Source of the DNA: a virus
Lineage: Duplodnaviria; Caudoviricetes
IMG/VR virus record: IMGVR_UViG_3300048079_000018
Location: 1 to 26,000 of that record
Length of the DNA: 26,000 nt
Reading direction: 5' to 3' (one strand)
The notes below the pieces were generated by a model. The model was not told the DNA's origin and did no database searches. It saw nothing but the letters and a program-made list of their open reading frames with translations. The translations under genes and the position numbers were made by a program. Within the stretch, counting starts at the first letter, position 1. Every line of letters starts with the position of its first letter. Below, piece after piece: positions 1-8,082 of this stretch.

Positions 1-321
1 GGCGACCAGCTCGATCTTGAAGCCCCGAGCGAACTCCATATAAGCGCGGGCGCTTGCTGTCGGTTGATCGTCCGTGGCCGGAGCACGTTTGCTCCAGTCG
101 TCGAACAGATCCGCGTACAGCTCTTTGACATGCCACTGCTGACCGCATTTGCTCTCACGACCGCACTTGATGAACCACGGGTTTTCGAAGCTCGAATACA
201 GTTCCTTCTTCGAGCAGGCAGGGCAGGTGCCACCGCGCATGAAGTCGGTGCCTGTGCGATGCCGCAGGCCATAGTCGTTTTCGAGTCGGGTTAGTACATC
301 GCCCCGCATTTGCTGTTCCAT
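1..321 (-). CDS. Phage replication protein, Zn-finger primase/TOPRIM type (5' part; runs off the window)
   Basis: Not in the ORF track. Own translation from ATG 321: MEQQMRGDVLTRLENDYGLRHRTGTDFMRGGTCPACSKKELYSSFENPWFIKCGRESKCGQQWHVKELYADLFDDWSKR..., open to base 1. CxxC...CxxxxxC Zn motif as in phiCTX-type primases. Alternative GTG start at 327 overlaps the upstream stop. Confidence 0.8.
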   Translation of the reverse strand, partial: MEQQMRGDVLTRLENDYGLRHRTGTDFMRGGTCPACSKKELYSSFENPWFIKCGRESKCGQQWHVKELYADLFDDWSKRAPATDDQPTASARAYMEFARGFKIELVA

Positions 322-323
322 CT

Positions 324-557
324 TCACGCCTGCTTTCTGATGGCGACCTGAAGGGCGCCGAGAGTTGTTTTTTGAGCCGCCAAGGCGGGGTAGGCAGACA
401 GAATTGCGCCGGTCCGCAAGCCATCAGGGATGCGCCGAAACTCATCCGAGTACCAATGCTCCTGAATGCCCATCCGAAGGCGCTCACGCAGCTCCTGGTG
501 CAGGGCCTCAGCGAGGTTCTTGCTAAGGTCCATCCGGATGGAAAGTGCTGTATTCAT
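324..557 (-). CDS. Phage hypothetical protein (early operon)
   Basis: 77 aa ORF, co-oriented with and abutting the primase start. Confidence 0.7.
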   Translation of the reverse strand: MNTALSIRMDLSKNLAEALHQELRERLRMGIQEHWYSDEFRRIPDGLRTGAILSAYPALAAQKTTLGALQVAIRKQA

Positions 558-621
558 GGCTTTTTCCCTGATTTCGGGCGCAACTTGCCCAAACCCATTC
601 GCGAAAGGTGGTGCTATTCGG

Positions 622-996
622 TTAGTTGAAAGGGGTTGTCGGTTGAGGCTCGGTAGAGTCGACCAGGTGTTTGAATATCAATACGACGGGAATGGCGAAG
701 GACTTGCCGCTGGCTGGGTCTGTGAGCATCGCCACGGACGCACTGCTGTTCTTTAGGTCAAGGTGGCGCTGGCCACCACCGGAATGCAATTCTTCGTATG
801 CCAAGCCCGCCAAAGTTTCGGCAAGGTAGACAGGTACTTCCAATGTCGCTTGCAGGTACGTGACGGTGCGGTTGAAGAGCTGCTGGTCATTTTCCAGGTG
901 CTCAGCCTGGTGGCGTTGCATGTAGCAAAGTGCGGCGCTCTGCATGGCGGCGCGGTACTCGCGTTCGGGGTTTTTCTCGTTGGTCATCATGTTCAT
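622..996 (-). CDS. Phage hypothetical protein (early operon)
   Basis: 124 aa ORF; its start overlaps the ogr stop (TGATG). Confidence 0.7.
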   Translation of the reverse strand: MNMMTNEKNPEREYRAAMQSAALCYMQRHQAEHLENDQQLFNRTVTYLQATLEVPVYLAETLAGLAYEELHSGGGQRHLDLKNSSASVAMLTDPASGKSFAIPVVLIFKHLVDSTEPQPTTPFN

Positions 997-1277
997 CAGG
1001 CCGTCTCCAGCTCAAGTAGGTCCATTTGTTGTTCGCCTTCCTTCTTCATCGCGTGCTTGCGAATCGCCATGGGGGCGACCGGCAGGCGAACGGACGGATT
1101 GGGCATACCGGAGGGGCTCATTTCATGAGTCATTTCGAACTCAGCCCGGACTGACCAGCCGCAGGCCTCGTTGGTGCATTGCAGGTAGGCAATACGCAGA
1201 AAAATATGCGTGCCTTCACTTGTGCGGATCCGCATTCGCCCTTGGCAATGCGGGCATACCAGTTTGTAAGTGCTCAC
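996..1277 (-). CDS. ogr: Ogr/Delta-like zinc-finger late transcriptional activator
   Basis: CPHC...RIRTS...YLQCTNEACG C4 zinc finger, followed by SPSGMPNP, typical of the Ogr family; GTG start. Confidence 0.9.
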   Translation of the reverse strand: MSTYKLVCPHCQGRMRIRTSEGTHIFLRIAYLQCTNEACGWSVRAEFEMTHEMSPSGMPNPSVRLPVAPMAIRKHAMKKEGEQQMDLLELETA

Positions 1278-1343
1278 TTTGTTTCCCCCATCGCGAATTG
1301 CGACATTTCGGCTAAAGCCGAGAAATGGCGGCGCTTCTTGCGC

Positions 1344-1829
1344 CTACTTCGTATCCTGGCTGCCCGGGTTTTCCCGGTGCAGAACGATCACCGCAGTGAC
1401 CTCTTCATGTCTTGCTGCTACGTGTGCTCGATGTGCCGCGAGAATGTCCTGCACCTCGTCGTCCTGGATGACGCCGTCTTGAAGTGCTTTGGCAATGATG
1501 GCGTCGACGAGCCCGCGCTTTACGGTGGTGTTGATCGAACGGGCGTACAGGTCGAGGTTGTCGAGCTGTCCTGCCTCAGCTACAGGGACAAAAACACCGC
1601 CGTACAGATTGCAGACGAAGTCGGGGAGGTGAGTGGTGCCGGTTTGCGACTCCAGCAGGCAGATTTGCTCATCGGTCAGTGGGCGGCTACCAGCGTTTTC
1701 ATACGCGTGGTTGTCGAACTTTTTGACCGACATCCCTAGACGCGGTGCTGCGCAATCACGCCCCCCCGGGTATGCGCAAATGACTGCGCTCACAACTTGC
1801 CGACGGGTTTCTAGAACAGTGCGTTTCAT
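1344..1829 (-). CDS. Phage regulatory protein, CII/YmfL-like
   Basis: Start set at MKRTVLETRR (ATG 1829). Has YPGG..AA..LGMS..FDN N-terminus and DGVI..DE C-terminal motif. Sits downstream of the cox-like gene, as phage 186 cII does. Confidence 0.65.
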   Translation of the reverse strand: MKRTVLETRRQVVSAVICAYPGGRDCAAPRLGMSVKKFDNHAYENAGSRPLTDEQICLLESQTGTTHLPDFVCNLYGGVFVPVAEAGQLDNLDLYARSINTTVKRGLVDAIIAKALQDGVIQDDEVQDILAAHRAHVAARHEEVTAVIVLHRENPGSQDTK

Positions 1830-1858
1830 CTTCTGGTTTCTCAAAAAGGTGAGTGCAA

Positions 1859-2080
1859 TTAATTTGAGATCACGCCGTCTTTGATACCCAGAAGCACAGC
1901 CGCTCGGTGAGCTTCGCCTCGCAAACATTTTTTTTGACCATTCAGTACTGCATAAACAGTGCTGGGGTTGAGGTCGTGTCGTTTGGCGAAATCAGCAGCA
2001 GACAGTCCCTGCGCGACCAACTTACTTCGAGCTAGCTGTAGCGCTTGCTCCGTGATAGCTGTGTTCGGCATAGTGCTCAT
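1859..2080 (-). CDS. Cox/Ner-like small HTH DNA-binding protein (lytic-side regulator)
   Basis: 73 aa; GLSAADFAKRHDLNPSTVYAVLNG..KCLRGEAHRAAVLLGIK HTH; divergent from the repressor. Confidence 0.8.
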   Translation of the reverse strand: MSTMPNTAITEQALQLARSKLVAQGLSAADFAKRHDLNPSTVYAVLNGQKKCLRGEAHRAAVLLGIKDGVISN

Positions 2081-2108
2081 TCGTGTGATTTAGTGTGGAA
2101 TTCTGGCG

Positions 2109-2137
2109 ATCTTGGTCCAAATAATTGGGACTGTCAA
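2109..2137 (-). promoter_or_regulatory. Predicted early lytic sigma70 promoter with a palindromic operator in the spacer
   Basis: Minus strand TTGACA (2137-2132), 17 bp spacer, CAAGAT (2114-2109). The spacer 2115-2131 GTCCAAATAATTGGGAC is a dyad with one mismatch. Confidence 0.65.
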
Positions 2138-2157
2138 GCAATGAGGGTGCGATTTTG

Positions 2158-2505
2158 ATGACCATTGGAGCTCGGCTTCGCGAAGAACGAGCGCGGCTGG
2201 GCGTTAGCCAAACGGAATTGGCAAATCTTTGCGGTGTTGCGAAGAACACTCAGCTGAACTATGAGAAAGACGAGCGAAGCCCTGATGCCCCGTACCTGCT
2301 GCTAGCTCACAAAGCAGGGGTGGATATTCACTACGTTTTGTTCGGTGAACCCTTACCCGCATTCGCGGATCAGCTGTCACCTGTTGAATCCGAAGTTCTG
2401 TCCTATTTTCGTAACCTGTCGGATTACGACAAAGAATCCATTCGCCGTATGGCTTACGCGATGGCTACCGTCGCAAAAGACTCAACACCAGCCCCACGTA
2501 CTTAA
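2158..2505 (+). CDS. Prophage immunity repressor, XRE/HTH_3 family, no S24 peptidase domain
   Basis: MTIGARLREERARLGVSQTELANLCGVAKNTQLNYEKDERSPD HTH. 115 aa from ATG 2158 with a short helical C-terminal domain. Divergent from the cox-like gene. Confidence 0.85.
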   Translation: MTIGARLREERARLGVSQTELANLCGVAKNTQLNYEKDERSPDAPYLLLAHKAGVDIHYVLFGEPLPAFADQLSPVESEVLSYFRNLSDYDKESIRRMAYAMATVAKDSTPAPRT

Positions 2506-2537
2506 TAGCCATATCTGATTAGAAGGAACTTGCGTTC

Positions 2538-3104
2538 ATGATTGGGATTGCCAAAAGAACTGTGTTGGCTGCTGTACTTGCATCATCTGTAGCGCTCTCG
2601 GCTCATGCTTTGGAGGCTCAACACTTCGATAATTTGCCTGCGATGGTCGAAGATTTCGGAGATTTTTCCGATGAAAATGGCACGTTCAAATTACTGAGTA
2701 CTCAGCCTCTGCATGTGCAGTTTTCTCCGCAAATCGTACCTGGCGATCTAGCTGAAAATGTTCGATACGCAGTGCAGCGAGCTGCCCTGTACGGCGTATA
2801 TCGGACCTTCGTGCATACGTCAGCCGAATCGGTTCGAGTCACTGCTACCCCAATTGAATTGGATATCAAAAATGGCACCTCCAAAAAACTTAAGGGGCCT
2901 TTGGTGGAAGTGACAGTCACCCGGGCTCAAGCGTTGTCAGCGGTGAAGAAGCTGATCCAAGTGAACAATTTTGCAGAGCTGGTGAAGCCGGAACAGATGG
3001 GAACCATGCAGCTTGATAACTGGACCAAGGGATTCGAGAGCCTGTACTACAAGCAACCTGGTATCGATAAGTTGCTTTCAGAATTGAAGGCAACGCAGGG
3101 GTAA
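2538..3104 (+). CDS. Secreted/periplasmic hypothetical protein (accessory gene behind the repressor)
   Basis: 188 aa; AAGGA SD; Sec signal MIGIAKRTVLAAVLASSVALSAHA|L; visibly more AT-rich than the structural genes. Confidence 0.8.
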   Translation: MIGIAKRTVLAAVLASSVALSAHALEAQHFDNLPAMVEDFGDFSDENGTFKLLSTQPLHVQFSPQIVPGDLAENVRYAVQRAALYGVYRTFVHTSAESVRVTATPIELDIKNGTSKKLKGPLVEVTVTRAQALSAVKKLIQVNNFAELVKPEQMGTMQLDNWTKGFESLYYKQPGIDKLLSELKATQG

Positions 3105-3135
3105 AAAAAGGGTCATTGCCGTAGGATTGAAAATC

Positions 3136-3164
3136 AAAAAGCCCAGCTTCCGCTGGGCTTTTTT
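3136..3164. terminator. Bidirectional intrinsic terminator
   Basis: AAAAAGCCCAGC-TTCC-GCTGGGCTTTTTT, with A/T tracts on both sides. Confidence 0.85.
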
Positions 3165-3186
3165 GTATCTCAACGAATGTCCCCCA

Positions 3187-3229
3187 TTGGCTAAACGGTT
3201 CGATATGGGTACTGTATGTGCATACAGTA
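3187..3229 (+). promoter_or_regulatory. SOS (LexA) box overlapping the -10 of a sigma70 promoter
   Basis: TACTGTATGTGCATACAGTA (3210-3229) = CTG-N10-CAG, close to the gammaproteobacterial LexA consensus. Promoter: TTGGCT (3187-3192), 17 bp, TACTGT (3210-3215). Confidence 0.85.
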
Positions 3230-3246
3230 ATGGAGCATATAAGACG

Positions 3247-3441
3247 ATGGAACCGATTAGCGTCACCCCCGTAACCGCAGCCGATGGGCTCGCTATTTTC
3301 GAGCCTGTTACGAAACGGGAACGGGAGTTGATCGTCGGCTACAGACGTTTATCCAGCGATGATCAGGAGCGCTTACTTCTGGTGCTGCATGCTTTGGTTT
3401 CTGTAAAACCGGTGCAGAAAAGCCAAGGACACGTTTGTTGA
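3247..3441 (+). CDS. 64-aa SOS-inducible protein; candidate antirepressor resembling the repressor C-terminal domain
   Basis: GGAG at 3232-3235, ATG 3247, downstream of the LexA box. EPVTKRERELIVGYRRLSSDDQERLLLVLHALVSV aligns without gaps to repressor DQLSPVESEVLSYFRNLSDYDKESIRRMAYAMATV. Confidence 0.75.
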   Translation: MEPISVTPVTAADGLAIFEPVTKRERELIVGYRRLSSDDQERLLLVLHALVSVKPVQKSQGHVC

Positions 3442-3445
3442 TTTT

Positions 3446-4738
3446 TCATGACGCTTGCTGAGAAGGGGAGACAACTGCCTTGCTTGCGGTCAGTCGCTTG
3501 TACTCCCTGTCCACCGCACGCTGTGCCGAAGCCTTGCTCTCATACAGATGCGTCAGCCGTTTAGGCTTGCTCTGGTCACCCTCGGTAAGTTTTTGCTGCT
3601 TACCGCTCTTCTTGTCGCGGTACCACGCGACGATGCCTGAATAGTCCTTGGTGTCGTCGGCCAGTTCCGCCACCTCGTCGCCATCCGGTAACTTCGACTC
3701 GAGCTCTAAGCTTGTGGTGAATGAGTCCGAAGTGAAACTGTGTTTGACGTTGCCCCCCAGCCAGATGATGTCCGCAATTTCCTGCTTGATTCCTGTCAGG
3801 GAGTAGGTGAGTTCCGGCGTTAGATCCGGACGACCACGCGCCAGCGAATAGCTGAGTGTTGCCGTTCCCCGCTGCAGCTTGTTCCACTCTGCCCGGGCAG
3901 CGACCAGTGCGGTTTTCTGGTCGGTATAGGAATGCCGCAGGTCCTTGATATTGTCGCCGCCGCCGGATATAGCCTCTTTTTTTTCGGCGCTGTTGACGTC
4001 GTAGTAGAACGCCCGTACGCCCGTGTAACTATCCCGATCCGCTTGAAGGAATCGGTGCTGGTCACCGTCCCGGCGGGTCAGGGTGATGTGCGGCAGATTC
4101 AGTCCACTGGCGCTGGTTGCATTGCCGATCGGCATGAACAGCAACTTGCCGGCTTTCACTGTGGCAATCGCATCATGCTCTTGTCCCAGGCGGGAGAGCA
4201 GGTTCGCGTCTGATTCATTGGCCTGATCAAGATGCACCAGTTCGATCGCACTGAGTGCGGCGCTTACCAGCGGGCCAAGGCCGTAGGCCCCCGCAATGGC
4301 TTGCACTACTGACTCAATCGTTTCGTTGTGCCAGCTTCGCTCCCGTTTGACCTTCAGGCCCGCGCTCATGTCCACGCTGCGCGCTCGGATGTTCAACTGG
4401 TCCGGCGCGCCGCTGTGTTCGGTCTCATCGACCGTGTACGAGCCTTTGTCGACCAATCCCGTATCGCTCCAGCCAAGCCACAGGCGCAAGGACGCGCCCT
4501 TCGGTGGAATGACCAGGCGCCCGTCATGATCCGACAGCGTGACATCGAGCTGGTCTGCCGCGAGTCCGCGGTTGTCGGTCAGCTCGATGCTCATCAGGCG
4601 CTTCTCAATAGCCGCTGTAATGTCGCGTCCGTCGACCTCCAGCCGACAGATCGGACGCGGGTAGGCTTTCGCTTCCCGCATGGAGGCCTGCGCATCATTC
4701 AGATAGCCATCGATCTGGCTCAGTGCCTGGTCTATCAC
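3446..4738 (-). CDS. gpD: Late control D / baseplate hub protein
   Basis: LTDNRGLAADQL..LSDHDG, DQANESDANLLSRL motifs; position after U. Confidence 0.92.
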   Translation of the reverse strand: MIDQALSQIDGYLNDAQASMREAKAYPRPICRLEVDGRDITAAIEKRLMSIELTDNRGLAADQLDVTLSDHDGRLVIPPKGASLRLWLGWSDTGLVDKGSYTVDETEHSGAPDQLNIRARSVDMSAGLKVKRERSWHNETIESVVQAIAGAYGLGPLVSAALSAIELVHLDQANESDANLLSRLGQEHDAIATVKAGKLLFMPIGNATSASGLNLPHITLTRRDGDQHRFLQADRDSYTGVRAFYYDVNSAEKKEAISGGGDNIKDLRHSYTDQKTALVAARAEWNKLQRGTATLSYSLARGRPDLTPELTYSLTGIKQEIADIIWLGGNVKHSFTSDSFTTSLELESKLPDGDEVAELADDTKDYSGIVAWYRDKKSGKQQKLTEGDQSKPKRLTHLYESKASAQRAVDREYKRLTASKAVVSPSQQAS

Positions 4739-5175
4739 AGAATTTTCCTCAGGATGTTGCCGGCGGTGCTGACGCCTGCGCCGAGCAGGTCGACGCGGCC
4801 GTCATCGATCCGATTGAGCGCGATGGTGAATTCAATTCGACGTGCGGCGCCGTCGGAGAAGAACAAGGTCTTGGTCTCGCTGATGTTCTCGATCACCCAG
4901 ATGCCCAAGATCCTGCCGGTGCCTTCAATCAACGGCCAGGCCTTGCCGGTGTCCGCCATTGCGCGAAGTGTGTCGAGGCTGAGCGGGGTTCCGGCGAGTG
5001 CCGGCAGAAGAATTCCAGGCATGCTGATCGAGTCGTCCCCACGGCCCAGGAACTGGCGTGATGGGTTGGTGCCGATACGGGAAGTCGAACCGTGACGCCA
5101 TTCTGTCTGCCGCTGCAGTTCCTGATACGCCAGGGTTTCGAGGCTGAAAATGAACATGCCCAGTGACATCATCAT
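4735..5175 (-). CDS. gpU: Tail protein GpU
   Basis: MMMSLGMFIFSLETLAYQELQRQTEWRH...QFLGRG, typical P2 GpU. Confidence 0.92.
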   Translation of the reverse strand: MMMSLGMFIFSLETLAYQELQRQTEWRHGSTSRIGTNPSRQFLGRGDDSISMPGILLPALAGTPLSLDTLRAMADTGKAWPLIEGTGRILGIWVIENISETKTLFFSDGAARRIEFTIALNRIDDGRVDLLGAGVSTAGNILRKIL

Positions 5176-5181
5176 GTCCGT

Positions 5182-7962
5182 TTACTCCTGGTCATAAAGG
5201 GCGCTGCGGCCCTTGGCTTGTTTTGCATGCTGTCTCTTGTCGAGTTCTGCAGACACGGCCCGCGCGATCGCAGCGGCATCCATCCCAGGAGCGGGGTGAA
5301 TGTTGATGACGATCTGATCGGGCGCCATCTGCATCGCCGCTGGAGCTGCTGCAGGACCAATTGGCGGGCGGTTGTCGACTGCGATCGCGCCTTGAGCCCC
5401 GCCCATGCCTACGGCGATCGCGCCCACTTGGGCCAGTCGTTTGCCTATGCCCATGATCGAATCGAGCATGCCGCCACTTTCAGCTTTTGCCCCAGGTACG
5501 GAGGCGGCTGAGTTCAGAGCAGCGGCGGTAGCCCCGGGCATTGCAGCAGCTGGGTTCAGCGCTGCGCCCGCGTTGGTGATGGCTCCGATGGTCACAGTCC
5601 CTGCTTGAGTCATAAGCTCGCCCACGGCCTTGACTGCTTCCAGAGGCCCGCTCTGACCTTCAGCAACGCCCTGCGCCAACCCGGCCATGGTGAAGCCGCC
5701 GAGTTCGGCAAAAACCCGGGAAGGGCTGTGAATACCCAGCTTCTCCTTGAACCAGTCGACGGTGTTGCTACCGGCATTAGTGATCGCCGTCTTCACGGAG
5801 CCCATCGCGTTGGTGATGCCGTTGACCAGTCCGGAGATGATCATTCCCCCGAATTCGGTGAATCGGCTGGGCATCTCGACGCCCATGTAGTTCATCACCG
5901 CCGAGAAGGCCTGGTAGATCAGCCCAATTGGGCTGAAATTGGCGAGCGTCTGCAGGATGCCGCTGATCCCGCCGCTGAAGCCCAGTTTGATCTCAGCCCA
6001 GGCACTGATGAAGTAAGCCTTCACCTTGTCCCAGTTTGCATAGATCAGATATGCAGCGGCGGCGATGGCCGTAATGGCCAAGCCAATTGGATTGGCCATG
6101 AAAAGGCGGCCAACCCACATGAAGGCCTGACCGACAAAGGGCAGTACTTTTGAGCCAAGGTTGAACAGCAGCCCGATCACAGAGGGCAGGCGGATCCCTA
6201 TCAATGACAACCCGTATCGCACGGCGAGGAACGGGCCAAGGGTCGTGGCGAGTGCGAGGGCAACCGTGCTAAAGCCGATCGATAATGCGGCGATGCCGGC
6301 GCCCACTTTGAGGATGCCCAGCACCAGCCCCGGGTTAGCGGTCGCCCAAGCGTTGACGCGCTCGAGGACGCCGTTAAATCCCGTAATCAGTTGAATCAGT
6401 GCTGGTCGAAGGGTCTCGCCCAAGGCACTGCTCAGGTTGAACATGCGGTTTTGAGACATGTCCCATCGGGCTGACAGTTGGTCTGCGCGGATATCTCCCT
6501 CGCGCTGCATCGACCCATCGCGTTTAGGCGCGTTGTCTGCTCCATTCACCAGGTCAAGCTGTCGCTTATATTCGCCGATGTTGGACGCCAGTTTCGCCGC
6601 GTCGTCGCCGTACTCCTTGCCGAACAGCTGGGTCATCACACCGAGCTGCTGATTTTTTGGCAGTTTGTTGACCGCTTCCAGCACTTTCTGGATGGTGCCC
6701 GTTGCGTCCTTGCTCATGCCATCCTGAACCGCTTTCGCCTCCAGCCCGATCGACTTGAGGCCGGTGACAAATCGCTTAGGTTGCTGGGTGGCGATAGCCA
6801 ACTCTCGGATCATGGCATTGGTAGCGGTTCCGGCGATTTCCGCCGATGCGCCAAGCGTCAGGAAGGTAGAGCCTAAAGCGGCTGCGTCCTTGAACGACAT
6901 GCCGACCGACGCGGTAATACCTGCCGTGCGCTGCATGACTTCAATGATGTCTCCACCCTTCGACATCGCGTTGTCGTCAAGATAGTTGATCGCGTCGCCG
7001 AGCTGGCTGACGTTCTTGATGGGCAATTTGTAGAGACTGGCGATGCGCGCCAGGCTTTCGCCGACCTGGTCAGCAGGTAACTCGAAAGCCGTCGCGGCAG
7101 TCGCGGCGACGCGCGCGAACTCCAGAAGGTCGTCTTTACCCTGGATGCCCATTCGCGCACCGCCTTCCACCAAGGCGGCGATATCGGTAGTCGCCATGGG
7201 AATGGTTTCGGACATCTTCTTGATGGCCGCGCCCATGTCGTAATAAGTCTGGGTGAGCTGCCCGTTGCCATCCCGTGCGCCTTCGACCTGTTTGGCGACA
7301 CCCGCCATGGCATCTTCAAAACGAGAATAAGCTTTGACCATCCCAATAATGGGTAGGCCGGTTGCAGCCCCCACGGCACCAGCGCTTGCGCCGGCTGAAG
7401 CAGCGTTACCGGCGAGCTCTCGGCCTCTGGAGTATTTTCTCTGCGCTCGGGCGACGCGCTCCTGCTGTCTCGCGAGCGCTGCGAGGCGTTCTCGCTGTAA
7501 CTGAATGGCCCTATTTGCCGCCTCTACCTCAGTCCTCAGACGCCGTTCGGTATCGCCGAGGTTTCGCGTATTCGCACCGGTCGACCTCACGAGAGGTATC
7601 AGTCGTTGCAGCTCGGCTCTTTGAGCCGCATGTTTACCGTTCAGCCTTTCCACTGCGGCGGAGGCGTTAAGGAAAGCTCTCTGAAAAGCTGCTGACGGGG
7701 CATCCATCCTCTGTAGTTGCTCACGCATGCCACGCAGCTTTTCCTGCGCCTTGGCCAGTTCTTCGGAGGATTGGCGGACGGCTTCCCGCTGCTTGGTAAA
7801 GCTGGCAATGTTGGCCTGCTGGGCGTTGAGCTCCTTGAGCCTGTCCCGCGCCGCTTTTAAGGCGCGAGACGTAGCGTCGCTCCCTGCGCTGATCTGTCTA
7901 AGGGGCGCCGTGACCCTATCGATCGCCGACAGCAGAAACTCCAACCGCAGCCTGTCAGTCAT
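5182..7962 (-). CDS. gpT: Tail tape measure protein
   Basis: ~926 aa from MTDRLRL (ATG 7962). Coiled-coil N-terminus, TP901-type core, Ala/Gly-rich hydrophobic part, LGIHSPSRVF motif. Confidence 0.93.
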   Translation of the reverse strand: MTDRLRLEFLLSAIDRVTAPLRQISAGSDATSRALKAARDRLKELNAQQANIASFTKQREAVRQSSEELAKAQEKLRGMREQLQRMDAPSAAFQRAFLNASAAVERLNGKHAAQRAELQRLIPLVRSTGANTRNLGDTERRLRTEVEAANRAIQLQRERLAALARQQERVARAQRKYSRGRELAGNAASAGASAGAVGAATGLPIIGMVKAYSRFEDAMAGVAKQVEGARDGNGQLTQTYYDMGAAIKKMSETIPMATTDIAALVEGGARMGIQGKDDLLEFARVAATAATAFELPADQVGESLARIASLYKLPIKNVSQLGDAINYLDDNAMSKGGDIIEVMQRTAGITASVGMSFKDAAALGSTFLTLGASAEIAGTATNAMIRELAIATQQPKRFVTGLKSIGLEAKAVQDGMSKDATGTIQKVLEAVNKLPKNQQLGVMTQLFGKEYGDDAAKLASNIGEYKRQLDLVNGADNAPKRDGSMQREGDIRADQLSARWDMSQNRMFNLSSALGETLRPALIQLITGFNGVLERVNAWATANPGLVLGILKVGAGIAALSIGFSTVALALATTLGPFLAVRYGLSLIGIRLPSVIGLLFNLGSKVLPFVGQAFMWVGRLFMANPIGLAITAIAAAAYLIYANWDKVKAYFISAWAEIKLGFSGGISGILQTLANFSPIGLIYQAFSAVMNYMGVEMPSRFTEFGGMIISGLVNGITNAMGSVKTAITNAGSNTVDWFKEKLGIHSPSRVFAELGGFTMAGLAQGVAEGQSGPLEAVKAVGELMTQAGTVTIGAITNAGAALNPAAAMPGATAAALNSAASVPGAKAESGGMLDSIMGIGKRLAQVGAIAVGMGGAQGAIAVDNRPPIGPAAAPAAMQMAPDQIVINIHPAPGMDAAAIARAVSAELDKRQHAKQAKGRSALYDQE

Positions 7963-8074
7963 CTTTCGCCCCACTTCGCTTGCGAGCGCGTTCGCGCCAT
8001 TCCATCAGTTCGGTCAGGGGGAGCGGATCCATCTCCGCTGGCCCCCAGTGAAAAATCACGGCGATATCCGCCAT
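7955..8074 (-). CDS. gpE': GpE' frameshift extension of the tail assembly chaperone
   Basis: Not in the ORF track. MADIAVIFHWGPAEMDPLPLTELMEWRERARKRSGAKDD, in the -1 frame of E and open from the slippery site. Confidence 0.85.
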   Translation of the reverse strand: MADIAVIFHWGPAEMDPLPLTELMEWRERARKRSGAKDD

Positions 8075-8082
8075 CGCGTCAT

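Noticed and set aside
575-596. GGGCGCAACTTGCCC hairpin in the early operon as a C4-like antisense RNA or terminator
   Set aside because: Short imperfect stem, no U-tail, and no matching target repeats found.
1948-1959. CTGCATAAACAG as a second SOS box
   Set aside because: Spacing is CTG-N6-CAG, not N10, and it lies inside the cox-like CDS.
3127-3246. 104-aa version of the ORF starting at TTG 3127
   Set aside because: The extension runs through the terminator, promoter and LexA box; ATG 3247 has an SD.
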